NCBI GenBank assembly: GCA_963804995.1
Contig: CAWDSK010000009.1
Location: 32,001 to 96,000, forward strand
Length of the DNA: 64,000 bases
Source of the DNA: an uncultured Acidobacteriota bacterium
Lineage (GTDB): Bacteria > Acidobacteriota > Terriglobia > UBA7540
Reading direction: 5' to 3'
Made by a program: the position numbers and the translations under genes. Of the stretch, positions 9,619 to 20,124 are shown in pieces (within the stretch, counting starts at the first letter, position 1; each line of letters opens with the position of its first letter). Under the pieces are notes generated by a model, which saw only the letters and a list, made by a program, of their open reading frames with translations, had not been told where the DNA came from and ran no database searches.

Positions 9619-11732
9619 ATGAGAACTCATAGTATCGATATGGGGCAGGCGTGGAGGCTAGGCCGGCTCGTCGTGAAACTGGCGGCAGTGGCGTTGGCAC
9701 TGGCGGGGATCTTCACTCTATCCACCTTGTTCGCACAAGATGCGCCGCAGGATCCCTTCCTGTTATGGATGGATCAGATCGCTCAGCACGAACTACAAGA
9801 GCGGCAGCGAGCGGTTGATGCCATCCAGACCGTCGCCCAGGCGAATGAGCGGAAGAAAGTGGTCCGGGCGAAGATGCTGGAGGCGTTGGGAGGACTGCCC
9901 GACTACAAGGGGCCGCTGCATGCCCAGGTCACAGGCCAGATCCGGAATGATTCGTACACCATCGAGAAAGTGATTTACGAGAGCTTGCCGGGTCTTTACG
10001 TCACCGCCAACCTCTACCGTCCGAACCAGCCCGGCCGATATCCCGCCGTCCTACTGCAATCCGGCCATACCCAGGAGGGAAAGCCCGAGGACCAGAGAAT
10101 CGCCGCCAACCTGGCCATGAAGGGGTTCGTGGTGCTCACCTTCGATCCCATCGGGCAAGGTGAAAGGGAACAGACCTATAGCCGCCAACTCGAAAGGTCG
10201 CTGGCGGGCTGGTCCGTTCCCGAGCATGCTTTGATGGACGCCCAGGCGCTGATGATTGGTCAGGGATTGGCCCGCTACTTCATTTGGGATGCGATGCGGT
10301 CCATTGACTATCTCACCAGCCGTCCGGATGTGGACGCTTCACGCCTGGGAGCCGCCGGTTGTTCAGGCGGAGGAGCGCTGACGGTCTTTGCGGGCGGTCT
10401 GGACCCGAGACTTAAAGTTGTGGTTCCGGCCTGCTATCCTGCTTCTCTCCAGTTGCTATTCCCCTCGGGCGGCCCTGATTCCGAAATGGTCTTCCCCGGA
10501 CTTTTGGTGAGCGGGCTGGATACGGCCGACTTCGTGGAACTCTCCGCGCCGACTCCCTGGGAGCTCCAGGCAACCGAGCATGATGAATACCACTTTACGC
10601 CCGCTGGGGTGCGACTGGTCTACGAGGAAGCTCGCAATTGGTACGCGCTCTACGGGGCCCAGGACAAAATCGGCTTTTTCGTGGGACCGGGTTCGCACGG
10701 TATGCCCCTCGTCAGCCGGGAAGAGGTCTATAAGTGGATGATCCGCTACCTGAAAGACGGCCAGGGCGATTTCCACGAACAGCCCGTTGAGAAGACGTAC
10801 ACGAGCCTTGAGCTGCAAGCCACCAAGAGCGGCAATGTTGAGGAACTACCGGGCAGCCGAAAAGTGTATCAATTGCTTCGGGATGACTATCACGCCGGGC
10901 GCCAGCCAAAAACCCTCCCCGAGCTGAAGGCTGAACTGGGGAACCTGAAAATTCCCACCGATGGCTCCACGCCCCAGGTGCAAGTCCTGGATGATGGGAG
11001 CGTCCCGGAAGGCCGGCGCGAGCACATCAAGTACGAAAGTGAGCCGGGAATTTGGCTTGAGGCTACCCTCTATGTTCCGCCTTCCCCCGGGCGGAAACCC
11101 GCCGTGCTGGTCGTGAAAAGTGGCAACGCCGGGAGCAGAAGGCCGGCCGTCACGAGGGCCGAACAGATGGCCAAGGGGGGCCAAGTCGTGCTCGAGATGG
11201 AACCGCGTACCTCTCCCCCGAGATCGCGAGCGAAGGCGAAGGCGTATATCCGGGGGATTGGAGGCTCGCCGTTTGGGCTAACCTGATCGGTCGTAACTTG
11301 CCCGCCCTGCGGGCTCATGACATCCTGCGCGGCATTGACCTGTTGGCGGCCCGTTCGGATGTCGACCCGAATGCTATTCACGCTGCCGCCGAGGGCGTCA
11401 GTGGGATCTGGCTTCTGCTTGCGGCGGCGGCGGACCCACGCATCGGAAAAATCTGGCTGGACAAGACTCCCCACAGCCTTCAGGCTGCCTTTGATAATTC
11501 CATGAGTACCGATTTGTGGGATGGCGTCATTCCCCTATTCGTACTGCACTGGGACCTCAATGATCTGGTAAAGGTGATGGGGAACCGGCAGGTCATGTGG
11601 ACGGACCCAACGGACTGGATGGGAAAAATCGTTGCGCTCGGTCCGCCTTTCGAGTACCGGTATGTCCTGGGCGATGCCACGGATTTCAAGGACGCCCAAG
11701 ACGATGCATACATCCAGGAGCTGCTTCGGTAA
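9619..11732 (+). pseudogene. Secreted acetyl-xylan-esterase-like alpha/beta hydrolase (two domains), frameshifted at about 11217
   Basis: IEKVIYESLPGLYVTANLY, GCSGGG nucleophile motif; adding one C to the C5 run 11215-11219 joins ORF 9619 to ORF 11298 (...GDWRLAVWANLIGRNLPALRAHDIL). May be a sequencing error. Confidence 0.75.
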
Positions 11733-11828
11733 TTTGGAACTTCCGAGGGGCGGCGATGTGAAACCGCCGCTCAATGGCGGAGCGTGTGGGTCTTGGGAAT
11801 CTGAAGCTCTCCACGTAGAGGATTAACT

Positions 11829-12293
11829 ATGTTCAAACTTCGCAGATTTGGGATCGTCTTAATTTTAGCAATCTTCGCGGTCCCCTGCTTCGCGGGAGCC
11901 GACAACCCGGAACCGTGGACGAAGGCCGAAATCGTGACCCCGGACGAACTGGCCAGCCAGTTGTCAACCGCACCCGTGGGGAAGATTATCCTCATTCATG
12001 TCGGCTTCCGTGCGCTTTATAACCAGGGGCGTATTCCCGGATCACAGTACGCGGGGCCATGCTCCAGGGCGGAGGGACTCACCGCCCTAAGAAAGCTCGT
12101 CGAGAAGACTCCCCGCAACCAGATGATCGTCATCTATTGCGGCTGCTGTCCGTGGCAGGACTGCCCGAACATTCGGCCCGCCTTTCAAGCGCTGAAGCAA
12201 ATGGGATTCACGAACCTCAAGGCGCTGGAACTTCCCGAAGCGCTGGTATCCGACTGGGCCCGGAAAGGCTACCCCATGACCAGGGGGAATTAG
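11829..12293 (+). CDS. Exported rhodanese-like domain protein (CGCCPW motif)
   Basis: Signal peptide, GRIPGS, IVIYCGCCPW..CPNIRPA, W..KGYP; GAGGA SD. Confidence 0.8.
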   Translation: MFKLRRFGIVLILAIFAVPCFAGADNPEPWTKAEIVTPDELASQLSTAPVGKIILIHVGFRALYNQGRIPGSQYAGPCSRAEGLTALRKLVEKTPRNQMIVIYCGCCPWQDCPNIRPAFQALKQMGFTNLKALELPEALVSDWARKGYPMTRGN

Positions 12294-12333
12294 GAAACCT
12301 CCTTATTTTGCGCGCCCAGTCGCGAGCGTTATA

Positions 12334-12654
12334 TTGCCACCGTTCCGTCGGCCATCGACGGATTGGCCGCCGCAAATCAGTCCGGTCTTCGAGGAGCGTG
12401 CAGGCGTGAATCCGGCAGTTACAACCGATCAACCTTCCGTTGAGGTATCGACCCTCGACGCGCCACAGGGGGGATTTATCCTGCTGACCAATCGCAGTCC
12501 GCAGACCCTGAAGATTATGGTTACCACTACCCTGCCGGTCAAAAAGCTGGCCCGGATCGCCGCCGACGGCCCCCAGCCGCTGCGCCGCGATGGTCAGGGC
12601 TGGAGGCTCAGCCTGAAACCTCACGAAGACGCCATCCTCGAATGGCTGCCGTAG
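12334..12654 (+). pseudogene. Orphan C-terminal fragment resembling a beta-galactosidase/trimerisation-type tail
   Basis: AGVNPAVTTDQPSVEVSTL...ILLTNRS beta-rich tail with no SD or convincing start. Confidence 0.35.
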
Positions 12655-12679
12655 TGTCATGCCTCAGAAGTCGAAGTCA

Positions 12680-12815
12680 CCCCCTCCCCCGGCCCCTCTC
12701 CCCCAAGGGGTCGAGGGAGGAGTTAATTTGAATTTACAACCCTCGCCCCCTTGGGGGAGAGGGTGGACCGCCGCCGGCGTTTTCATCAGCCGGGGCGGGC
12801 CGGGTGAGGGGGTCG
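12680..12815. repeat. CCCTCTCCC/GGGAGAGGG-type palindromic repeat (related copies about 15738-15890 inverted, 25287-25357, partial 13262-13283)
   Basis: Shared GAGAGGGTGGACCGCCGCCGGCGTTTTCATCAGCCGGGGCGGG..GGGTGAGGGG. Confidence 0.8.
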
Positions 12816-12965
12816 CCCCCAAGATAAGTTGAGTGGCCGGCTGGCGCAGGGCGAGCCTAGCCCTGCGATTCTAGTGCGGTCTGATGACGTGAAGCGTAGA
12901 GATGCACTCTGCGCCAGCCGGCCGGTCATAAAGACGCGTCGTTTTCGAATTCGAGCGGGTAGCCC

Positions 12966-13131
12966 GGAGCAGGGTAGCGCAGACTCTCGCCTCTCAGAGA
13001 GTCTGCGGCTTTCCTCGTGCCACGTCCCGCGGTTCTGGGCTTTGATCGCCGTAGCCGCATGTTCACAAAAAAGTGGACGCTTACCATGTTAAGAACCGCA
13101 GACTTTGAACGGCACAAAGTCTGCGCTACCC
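12966..13131. repeat. ~165-bp REPIN/MITE-like element (copies at 62487-62647 and 63895-64000)
   Basis: Ends GGGTAGCGCAGAC / GTCTGCGCTACCC; near-identical interior (TTTGATCGCCGTAGCCGCATGTTCACAAAAAGT) in all three copies. Confidence 0.88.
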
Positions 13132-13369
13132 CGCTCGTTACGAGTTCAGTTCCAGTCATCTCTCGGCGGCCTGGGCCGCAACGCGGTTATTGGGTTTTCA
13201 TTCCTCTGCGCCTCCGCGTCTCTGCGGTAAGAAGGTTTTAGACGATTTTTTCACACCTTCAGAGGGGCCGGGGGTGAGGGGGTTCGCAAATCATCAACGA
13301 ACTTCTGGCTCGGGACACTAGGCTGCCTTTGGTATACTTCCCCCCGATTCTGCATCCCCGGAGGACCCG

Positions 13370-14704
13370 ATGAATTGCAAATTGTGTGTGAGAGTGTCTC
13401 TGCTTTTCTGCCTTTTCCTCACCTTGGTCGAACGTCCGGCAATAACCCCCGCCCAATCCGTCCCGCAAACGCCCAAGGCCGACCAGGTCACCTATGTGCG
13501 TTGCGGAACGCTGATTGACGAGAAATCCGAGGCGCCGCGCCAGAACGTGCTCGTCGAAATCGCTGGAGGCAAATTCCGCGCGGTTACGAATTACCCCTCG
13601 GGATTCGCCAAGCCCGCCGGCGCTGCCTTCCTCGATCTCGCTTCTGAAACTTGCCTGCCCGGTCTCGTGGAATCACACACGCACATTCTGCTGCAAGGCG
13701 ATCAAAGGCCCGGCCAATACGAAGAGCAAATTCTGAAATGGTCGCTTCCCTACCGCACGATCATGGGAACGCAGGCGGCGCGGCGCGCCCTGGAGTACGG
13801 ATTCACGACGCTTCGTGACCTGGAAACGGAAGGCGCCTACTACGCCGACGTGTCGATTCGTGACGCCATCAATCAGGGGGTGATTCCCGGTCCCCGCATG
13901 TTCGTCGTAACGCGCGCGCTCAACGTAACCGGGGCGTACCCGCTGCTCGGCTACGACCCGGCGTTGAAGCTGCCACACGGCGTCCAGATAGTAGATGGAC
14001 CCGATGAGTGCCGCAAGGCGGTGCGTGAACAAATTGGCAACGGGGCGGACTGGATTAAAATCTACGCCGACCAGCGGGTTTCCACCGCCGACGGCATCGT
14101 GCACAGCGTTCCCACCTTCACGCCCGAGGAACTGCACGCCATTGTCGACGAAACCCACCGGGAACACCACAAAGTGGCGGCACACGCCATGGGTTTGGAG
14201 GGATCCCACAACGCGGTGGAAGCAGGCGTGGATACCCTTGAGCACGGCGCTTACATCTCCGACGCCGACATGAAAACCATGGTGGCGCGTGGCATCTGGT
14301 ATGTGCCGACCCTGTACATCTTCATTTACGCTGACGAAATCCACCAGGCAGGCGGCTTCCCGGGATGGAAAGGTGGCTTGGAGATTCACGCGGAGACGTT
14401 TCGGCGGGCGCTTCAGGCGGGTGTGAAGATCGCCTTCGGCACGGACGTGGGCGGCTTCGAGTGGACCATCAATCCCGCGAAAGAGTTTTCACTGATGGTG
14501 AAGTACGGCATGACTCCTGCTCAAGCCTTGCGCTCCGCCACGGTTTCCGGCGCCACGCTGCTCGATCTCGAAAATGAGATTGGAACCGTCGAACCCGGCA
14601 AGCTGGCGGATCTGGTGGCCGTTCCCGGTAACCCCTTGAGCGATGTTAGTGTGCTCGAAAACGTGAACTTCGTAATGAAAGAAGGCGTGGTTTACAAGCA
14701 CTAG
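13370..14704 (+). CDS. Secreted metal-dependent amidohydrolase (Xaa-Pro dipeptidase-like)
   Basis: PGLVESHTH, GFTTLRD, GADWIK, AAHAMG, LEHG, AFGTD, PGKLADLVAV. Confidence 0.92.
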   Translation: MNCKLCVRVSLLFCLFLTLVERPAITPAQSVPQTPKADQVTYVRCGTLIDEKSEAPRQNVLVEIAGGKFRAVTNYPSGFAKPAGAAFLDLASETCLPGLVESHTHILLQGDQRPGQYEEQILKWSLPYRTIMGTQAARRALEYGFTTLRDLETEGAYYADVSIRDAINQGVIPGPRMFVVTRALNVTGAYPLLGYDPALKLPHGVQIVDGPDECRKAVREQIGNGADWIKIYADQRVSTADGIVHSVPTFTPEELHAIVDETHREHHKVAAHAMGLEGSHNAVEAGVDTLEHGAYISDADMKTMVARGIWYVPTLYIFIYADEIHQAGGFPGWKGGLEIHAETFRRALQAGVKIAFGTDVGGFEWTINPAKEFSLMVKYGMTPAQALRSATVSGATLLDLENEIGTVEPGKLADLVAVPGNPLSDVSVLENVNFVMKEGVVYKH

Positions 14705-14786
14705 GGCGCGCCGGACTGATGTTCACGTGACGGGTTTCACTTGATCCCATCCCAATTCGTTCCTGGTTAACCTGCGGACCTGTTTT

Positions 14787-15036
14787 GTAGCGCGGTCCCC
14801 CGTTTTTAGGGTCCGCGGTTCTTCCTTTGGAAATTCCGTCAATCTCCAACCTGAGCTGCTGCGCCACCACGGCCTCTTCGCCACGATAGGTTCGATCAAA
14901 TAGGAGCGTAGCGCGGACCTCCGATTTTGAGGTCCGCGGCTCTTCCTGCGAAAAATCTCAGACCTCCGCTGGTTTCGGATTCGGTAGCGTGAACTTAACG
15001 AAGAACCGCAGACCTCAAAAGCGGAGGTGCGCTACG
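14787..15036. repeat. GTAG-type REP copies / REP doublet
   Basis: GTAGCGCGGTCCCC..GGGTCCGCGG, GTAGCGCGGACCTC..GAGGTCCGCGG and inverted CCGCAGACCTC..GAGGTGCGCTAC. Confidence 0.85.
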
Positions 15037-15403
15037 CGGGCTCCGTCACTCAGCGGTCGAGTGAGAGTGTCGTAAGACGTGTCCACACCATTCGGCCGCG
15101 TCAGGGAAGTCCGCCGCCCCGCAAAGCTCGGGGGTAGGGATTCGGGGGTGGGGATTGGGGGGTGGCGCATACGTGGCGTATTTTGGCATGTATGCGGTCA
15201 CAACGTTCGGTTTATATGCAGCGGTTGCGAAGTGACTCCTCATTCGTTTTTCAGCGCATACCCGTAATTCCCTTATCAGCACCACCCCGGCGCTCAGCCC
15301 CGATCATCAATTTGGAAAGAACGCGCTATCGGGGCTCAGCGCGCCACCCCTCCTCATCTGAGGCGGTCTCACAACTGGCAAATTCACGGTTTTTACAACG
15401 AAT

Positions 15404-15416
15404 AATCAATAACTTA
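15404..15416 (+). promoter_or_regulatory. IHF-binding consensus site
   Basis: AATCAATAACTTA matches WATCAANNNNTTR. Confidence 0.55.
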
Positions 15417-15654
15417 CGCTGTGCAAAAGTCAGAAATACCTAGTTTTGGGACAGCCTCATCTGAGGCGGGGAGTGTTCTTAAGAACTCCCCTCCTGATTC
15501 AGAGCCTGCCCTGAGCCTGTCGAAGGGAGGGGTGGCGCCGTAGGCGACGGGGTGGTTATCCGCGGTCAAGCGTTCTTCGGCGGGCGGTAACACCCCACCC
15601 TATCTGGCCGTAGCGAGAAATACGGCCAAAGGTATTACCGCTCTCCCCACCGCC

Positions 15655-16928
15655 GGGACACACTTCCCCGTTTCGGTTATCGGTGGGTTCGACGCCAGGG
15701 ATGAGACAAATTGAGTGGCCCGTGACAAGCGGCTTGACCCCTCACCCGCCTGCGGGCCGAAGCTGAAGTCGTTTACATCTCCCAGGTGTCCCTTCGGAGG
15801 GCGTAGGCGCGTCCCGCCCCGGCTGGTGAAAACGCCGGCGGCGGTCCACCCTCTTCCGCCACGGCGGACCTCCGGCCCCTCGGAGCGGGCTATGAATTTT
15901 CGCCTGGGGCTGATGAAGCGATCGCCCGATCACCGGATGGCCCGATCTCCCGATTACCTGACCCCGCCGTGACACACTTCCCCGCTTCGGTTATCGGTGG
16001 GTTAGCACCAGAACATGAGCCAAAATTCGGCTCGAAGTTTGACAATCACCAGGTCACCCAATCGCAAAATCAATCAAGGACCCGATGATCCAATGATCCG
16101 ATCGCCAGTTCACCCAATGACTCGATGGCCCAAGTGGAAGATTGCCGCGAGCAAGCTCGGAGCGAGGAAAGCGGCAGTCCGCCGCGGCGGACTGCACTCC
16201 AAAACTTCGCGTGCGGCTTCTCCCTTGCTGCCTTCTGCTCTGCCCACCTGAACCGGCCTGCACACACACCGCCGTATCGGTTATCGGTAAGTTCATGACG
16301 GAAGATGAGCTCAATTCGGCGGCTGCGAAAATGGCAATCACTTGCAGGTCCTTCAATCGACCGATCGCAAGATCACTCAATGGCCCGATGACCCGATGGC
16401 TCGATCATTCGATCACCGGGTTGCCCACCCCCGCCGTGACACACCTCCCCGTATCGGTTAACGGTAGGATCGTACCAGGACATGAGGCCACAGAACGATA
16501 ATCGGGAGGTGGAAGAATCAGGCAATGGAAGTTTATTCGCTGGGCCGGGGGTTCGAGGCCGAAAGGATTACGCCGAGTCCGTCGCCCTCACCGACTTAAC
16601 CACGGCCGTGACACTTCCCCACTTCGGTTATCGGTGGGCTGGCGAGGCAGGATGAGGTTGCAAAAACCGGGCCGAGGGTTCTGGACAGGGAGGATTGAAC
16701 ATTGAGACCCGGCCTGACCGACTTGGCCGTCACCATGACACTCCCCCAAATCGGTTATCGGTGGGTTGGCACGGGAAGATGAACTCAATTCGGCTATTCG
16801 GGGGTAGCCATGATCCGTTGGCCCATGGTTCGATAACCCAATCGCCGGTCAACAGATCTCCCGATGGCCAACCCCGGCCGTGACACTCCCCCAAATCGGT
16901 TATCGGTGGGTTGGCGCCGGAGCATGAG
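15655..16928 (-). repeat. Array of 7 conserved ~50-bp motifs; on the minus strand CTCAT-N17-CCGATAA-CCGA-N3-GGGGAGTG(TG)TCACGG (sigma-28-like promoter + leader)
   Basis: Copies at 15655-15705, 15969-16019, 16259-16309, 16436-16486, 16608-16656, 16735-16783, 16880-16928; spacer is exactly 17 bp in all seven. Confidence 0.85.
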
Positions 16929-17065
16929 CCAGATCTGGCCAATCGAAAGTTGTCAGTAACTTCCTGGTCCGCTGATTTGATCACCCGATCGCTTGATGGC
17001 TAGTGCCCGAAAGACCCTACCCAATTTTGGTTTCCGGTGGATCGGACCACGTATATGGGCTGCAG

Positions 17066-17078
17066 AATCAATGACTTA
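17066..17078 (+). promoter_or_regulatory. IHF-binding consensus site
   Basis: AATCAATGACTTA matches WATCAANNNNTTR. Confidence 0.5.
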
Positions 17079-17515
17079 AATACCATGGTCGTAATCCAGC
17101 GAGGGTGGATCCCCGGGCGAGAACCCTGCCAGACCGATGTGCCGCTTATTAGGTTAGCGGGGCTTCACCCGGGCGGGGCTCGAGGTGGTCTGGCCTCTGC
17201 CGCCCTCTATCTCACTCGTTTGTGGCGCAGACTTCGCGGTTTGGGTAGCCACCTCTATCCTTGGACCTCGTGAGCCCGCCAGAGGTGATCTGGCCATGAA
17301 CCGGACTGGGGAATTCTAACTTGGCGTGACTAAGATGCCCGAACCGGGCAACTTGCCAAGTCCCACCTTAACTCCGAGGCCCCGCTCTTCCCACCCCTGA
17401 TGGAAGAGGCAAAGTCTGGTCAGAAATTCCGAGAGTGAGAATTCTCCAATACTTGGGTAGAGGAGCTTGCGTCGGTGATCGATACAGTATGGAAACAAAT
17501 CTGGTACGAGGGGTT

Positions 17516-17977
17516 TCAATTAAGGTGCGGGGAAATTGGTCTGATTGCTTGGGGAAGATGCGGTTCTGGGAGCTTGACAACCTCTACACAAACCATGGTC
17601 AGCCCAGCGCCCACGAAGCCGAGGGTTTTTGCCGCTGACCAGGAGACATCGATTACACGTTCGGCGGGCCCAGGGCCCCGATCATTGACCTTCAGAAGAG
17701 TGGATTTGAGGTTTGTGAGGTTTGTTACACGAACCATCGTACCCAGCGGTAGCTTCCGATGGGCAGCGGTAAATTTATGTAAATCAAAGGGTTCTCCGCT
17801 GGCTGTGGGTTTGCCTTGCCGCTCGATTCCGTACCAGCTCGCCAAGCCGACCTCACCTTTGGGCAGTGCCCGTAATACCAGCGGCAACGGAGCGAGTGGA
17901 GCCGGAAGTCTTGCTTCGGTCTGCGGTGAAAAGGCCATAATGCCCGCCACCGCGCAACCCATAACCAATTTCCTCAT
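17516..17977 (-). CDS. rlpA: Septal ring lytic transglycosylase RlpA family protein
   Basis: GLASWYG, TASGE.FD, TAAHRKLPLGT.VRVTN, VNDRGP, RVIDVS; GGAGG SD. Confidence 0.92.
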   Translation of the reverse strand: MRKLVMGCAVAGIMAFSPQTEARLPAPLAPLPLVLRALPKGEVGLASWYGIERQGKPTASGEPFDLHKFTAAHRKLPLGTMVRVTNLTNLKSTLLKVNDRGPGPAERVIDVSWSAAKTLGFVGAGLTMVCVEVVKLPEPHLPQAIRPISPHLN

Positions 17978-18292
17978 TCAACCTCCTGTGACTGTTTTCC
18001 CCCTCCCCTCATTGGAGAAAGGTCTCTATAACACAGCCGTGTGATGGATAAGTAACTCCTTAATCCTACGGAATCCTGCAGGATTTGTCAAGGCGTTTAT
18101 AATATGGTTAATAGTCTGAAATGACTATTTTAGGAGGGTTTTTGTCAATTAATAGGCCTGCCAGACTAATAATCAAACAGATGATCTTTGATCGGTTAAA
18201 ATCCCTTCATAGCCCCATATAGCCCCATATAACCCCTCATGGGCTCTTGTAAAGCCCGCGGCACTAGCCCAGCTCGTGGATTCAATCTCGGA

Positions 18293-19921
18293 CTATCGCA
18301 AAGCCGGAATTAGCGGGTGCCCCTCCGCGCCGGAGGGCTGGGTCAATCCCAATACAGCGGCGAGTGTTGCGGCCATATCGATAGGCTGGCACGCATTGGG
18401 GTAGAACCCAGGCCTAAACGCAGATCCCCACAGGATCATGGGGACTTGTGCGTCGTAGCTCCAGGGAAGCCCATGTGAGCTGCCCGTGGTCCCGCGAACC
18501 TGCACGGCATACGGAGCAGGAATCATCAGGACGTTGCCACTCCGTTGCGAATAAAAGCTATGGGCGGCCTTTCTGGCGAGGGGCGAGTTCGGGAGACTGC
18601 CGGTCAGAAACTGCGTTCGCGTAAAGGCTGCCGCTACGTCCGGGAAGGAGGCTAGCGCTTGGGCGGCCACTTCCTCGACCTTCGATTCCATCACCTTTTG
18701 CTTCGTTATGGTGTCGCGATTCAAATAAAGGTAGACTCCGTTCGCGTTCTCAACCCACGGGCCGGGTCCGAAGGCTTCAACCAAGGCCTTTTCCGCAACG
18801 CTGCGGATGGCCGAAGTCTCCGGGGCGTTTCCGGGACCCAGCCTGTGCTCCTGGATAAACGCGGGATTCGGAGCAACACCGTGGTCCGCGGACAAAGTGA
18901 TCCAAACATTCTGCAGACCTACCAGCTTGTCCAAATCGGCAAAGAAGGTAGCTAGGGCTTGGTCGGTTCTCAGGGTTGTGTCCGCAACTTCCGGGCTATA
19001 GGGTCCGAACCGATGCCCAATATAATCGTTGACACTCAGGGAGACAGCCAGGAGATCGGGTTCCGGGCCCTGGCCCAAGTGTTCGCTGCGCACGGCCTGG
19101 GTCGCGAAAGCCAACTCGATTTGATTCATATAGGGCGTGTTATTCAACCAATCCAGGAACTTTTTATCGGGACAAGGCGCGCTGGCGGAGGGCTTGAACT
19201 CTCCGAGAACTTTGCCGGATGCCCCCGGAGTAGCGGGCAGCGCCTGCCATTTTCCGTCACAAAACTGCTTGCTGGGCTGCTGCTGGTTGAACTCATCCGC
19301 CCAAGCAGGCAGAGCCGCTGCATAGTAGGTGCTGGTTACAAAACCGCCCATGGCCTCGTTGTACCAGTAAGCCCCGCTTGGATCGTGACCGCCCATCAGA
19401 ATGGCAGCTCGATCCTTGAGGGAGATGGAGATGACCTTGGACCGAAAGTCAGTAGCGAGGCGCAGTTCGTCGCCCAGCGTGGACCCAATCAGGTTGCGTG
19501 GCGAAAACCCCGGCGTGTCGCTGGCCCCCTGGAGGCTCTCCACAATGCGGGTGCTCGCATCTTCGACGCAATAGACCTCCCGATGCTGTGCCCGGTCGTA
19601 CCATTGGTTCTCGATGATGCCATGCAGATTGGGGTAAGTCCCGGTCAGAAGCGAGGCGTGCCCGGGACCCGTGATGGTGGTTGCATAATCATAACGGCAG
19701 TCCGTGAAGACTGCGCCGTCCAGAAGCCGATTGAACCCACCCTTGCCAAAATAGGGGCGAAAGCGCATCAGGTAGTCGTAGCGGAACTGGTCGATCACCA
19801 GCACCACGACCAGCTTTGGCCGGTTCGGAAAGTTCGGAGTGGCCAACGGGCTGCCAGGGGAGCTCCAGCCGACGAGGACTAAAATGCAGAGCAGGAAACT
19901 GAGTAAGAGTTTCTTAAGCAC
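18293..19921 (-). CDS. Alkaline phosphatase superfamily protein (PafA / nucleotide pyrophosphatase type)
   Basis: PKLVVVLVIDQFR, TITGPGHA, SLKDRAAI, DYIGH.FGP, SADHG, HG.PWSYD; GTG start with AGGAGG SD. Confidence 0.92.
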   Translation of the reverse strand: MLKKLLLSFLLCILVLVGWSSPGSPLATPNFPNRPKLVVVLVIDQFRYDYLMRFRPYFGKGGFNRLLDGAVFTDCRYDYATTITGPGHASLLTGTYPNLHGIIENQWYDRAQHREVYCVEDASTRIVESLQGASDTPGFSPRNLIGSTLGDELRLATDFRSKVISISLKDRAAILMGGHDPSGAYWYNEAMGGFVTSTYYAAALPAWADEFNQQQPSKQFCDGKWQALPATPGASGKVLGEFKPSASAPCPDKKFLDWLNNTPYMNQIELAFATQAVRSEHLGQGPEPDLLAVSLSVNDYIGHRFGPYSPEVADTTLRTDQALATFFADLDKLVGLQNVWITLSADHGVAPNPAFIQEHRLGPGNAPETSAIRSVAEKALVEAFGPGPWVENANGVYLYLNRDTITKQKVMESKVEEVAAQALASFPDVAAAFTRTQFLTGSLPNSPLARKAAHSFYSQRSGNVLMIPAPYAVQVRGTTGSSHGLPWSYDAQVPMILWGSAFRPGFYPNACQPIDMAATLAAVLGLTQPSGAEGHPLIPALR

Positions 19922-20124
19922 CAGGATTCCTCCTGTAAATGAACCGCAAAGTCTACCAGATTGGGCGTGAAGCAAGAAAGCTAGATGAAGTCATCATGAA
20001 ATTATCGGGTCGTTGATTGTCCGACTCGACAGATCAACTCTCCCACCTTGGAACGGGCCCTTGGTTCATCAGACGACGGCGACCCTGAAACAAGCGGGCC
20101 AAGCCACATTCCTGCATCGATAGA

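Noticed and set aside
15195..15232. CACAAC...GTTGCG as an attC-like site
   Set aside because: Too short, single copy, no associated cassette ORF
15655..16928. CRISPR or integron attC array
   Set aside because: Repeats are degenerate, spacing is 127-314 bp with mutually homologous linkers, there is no attC R''/R' palindromic structure, and no cas or intI gene is in the window
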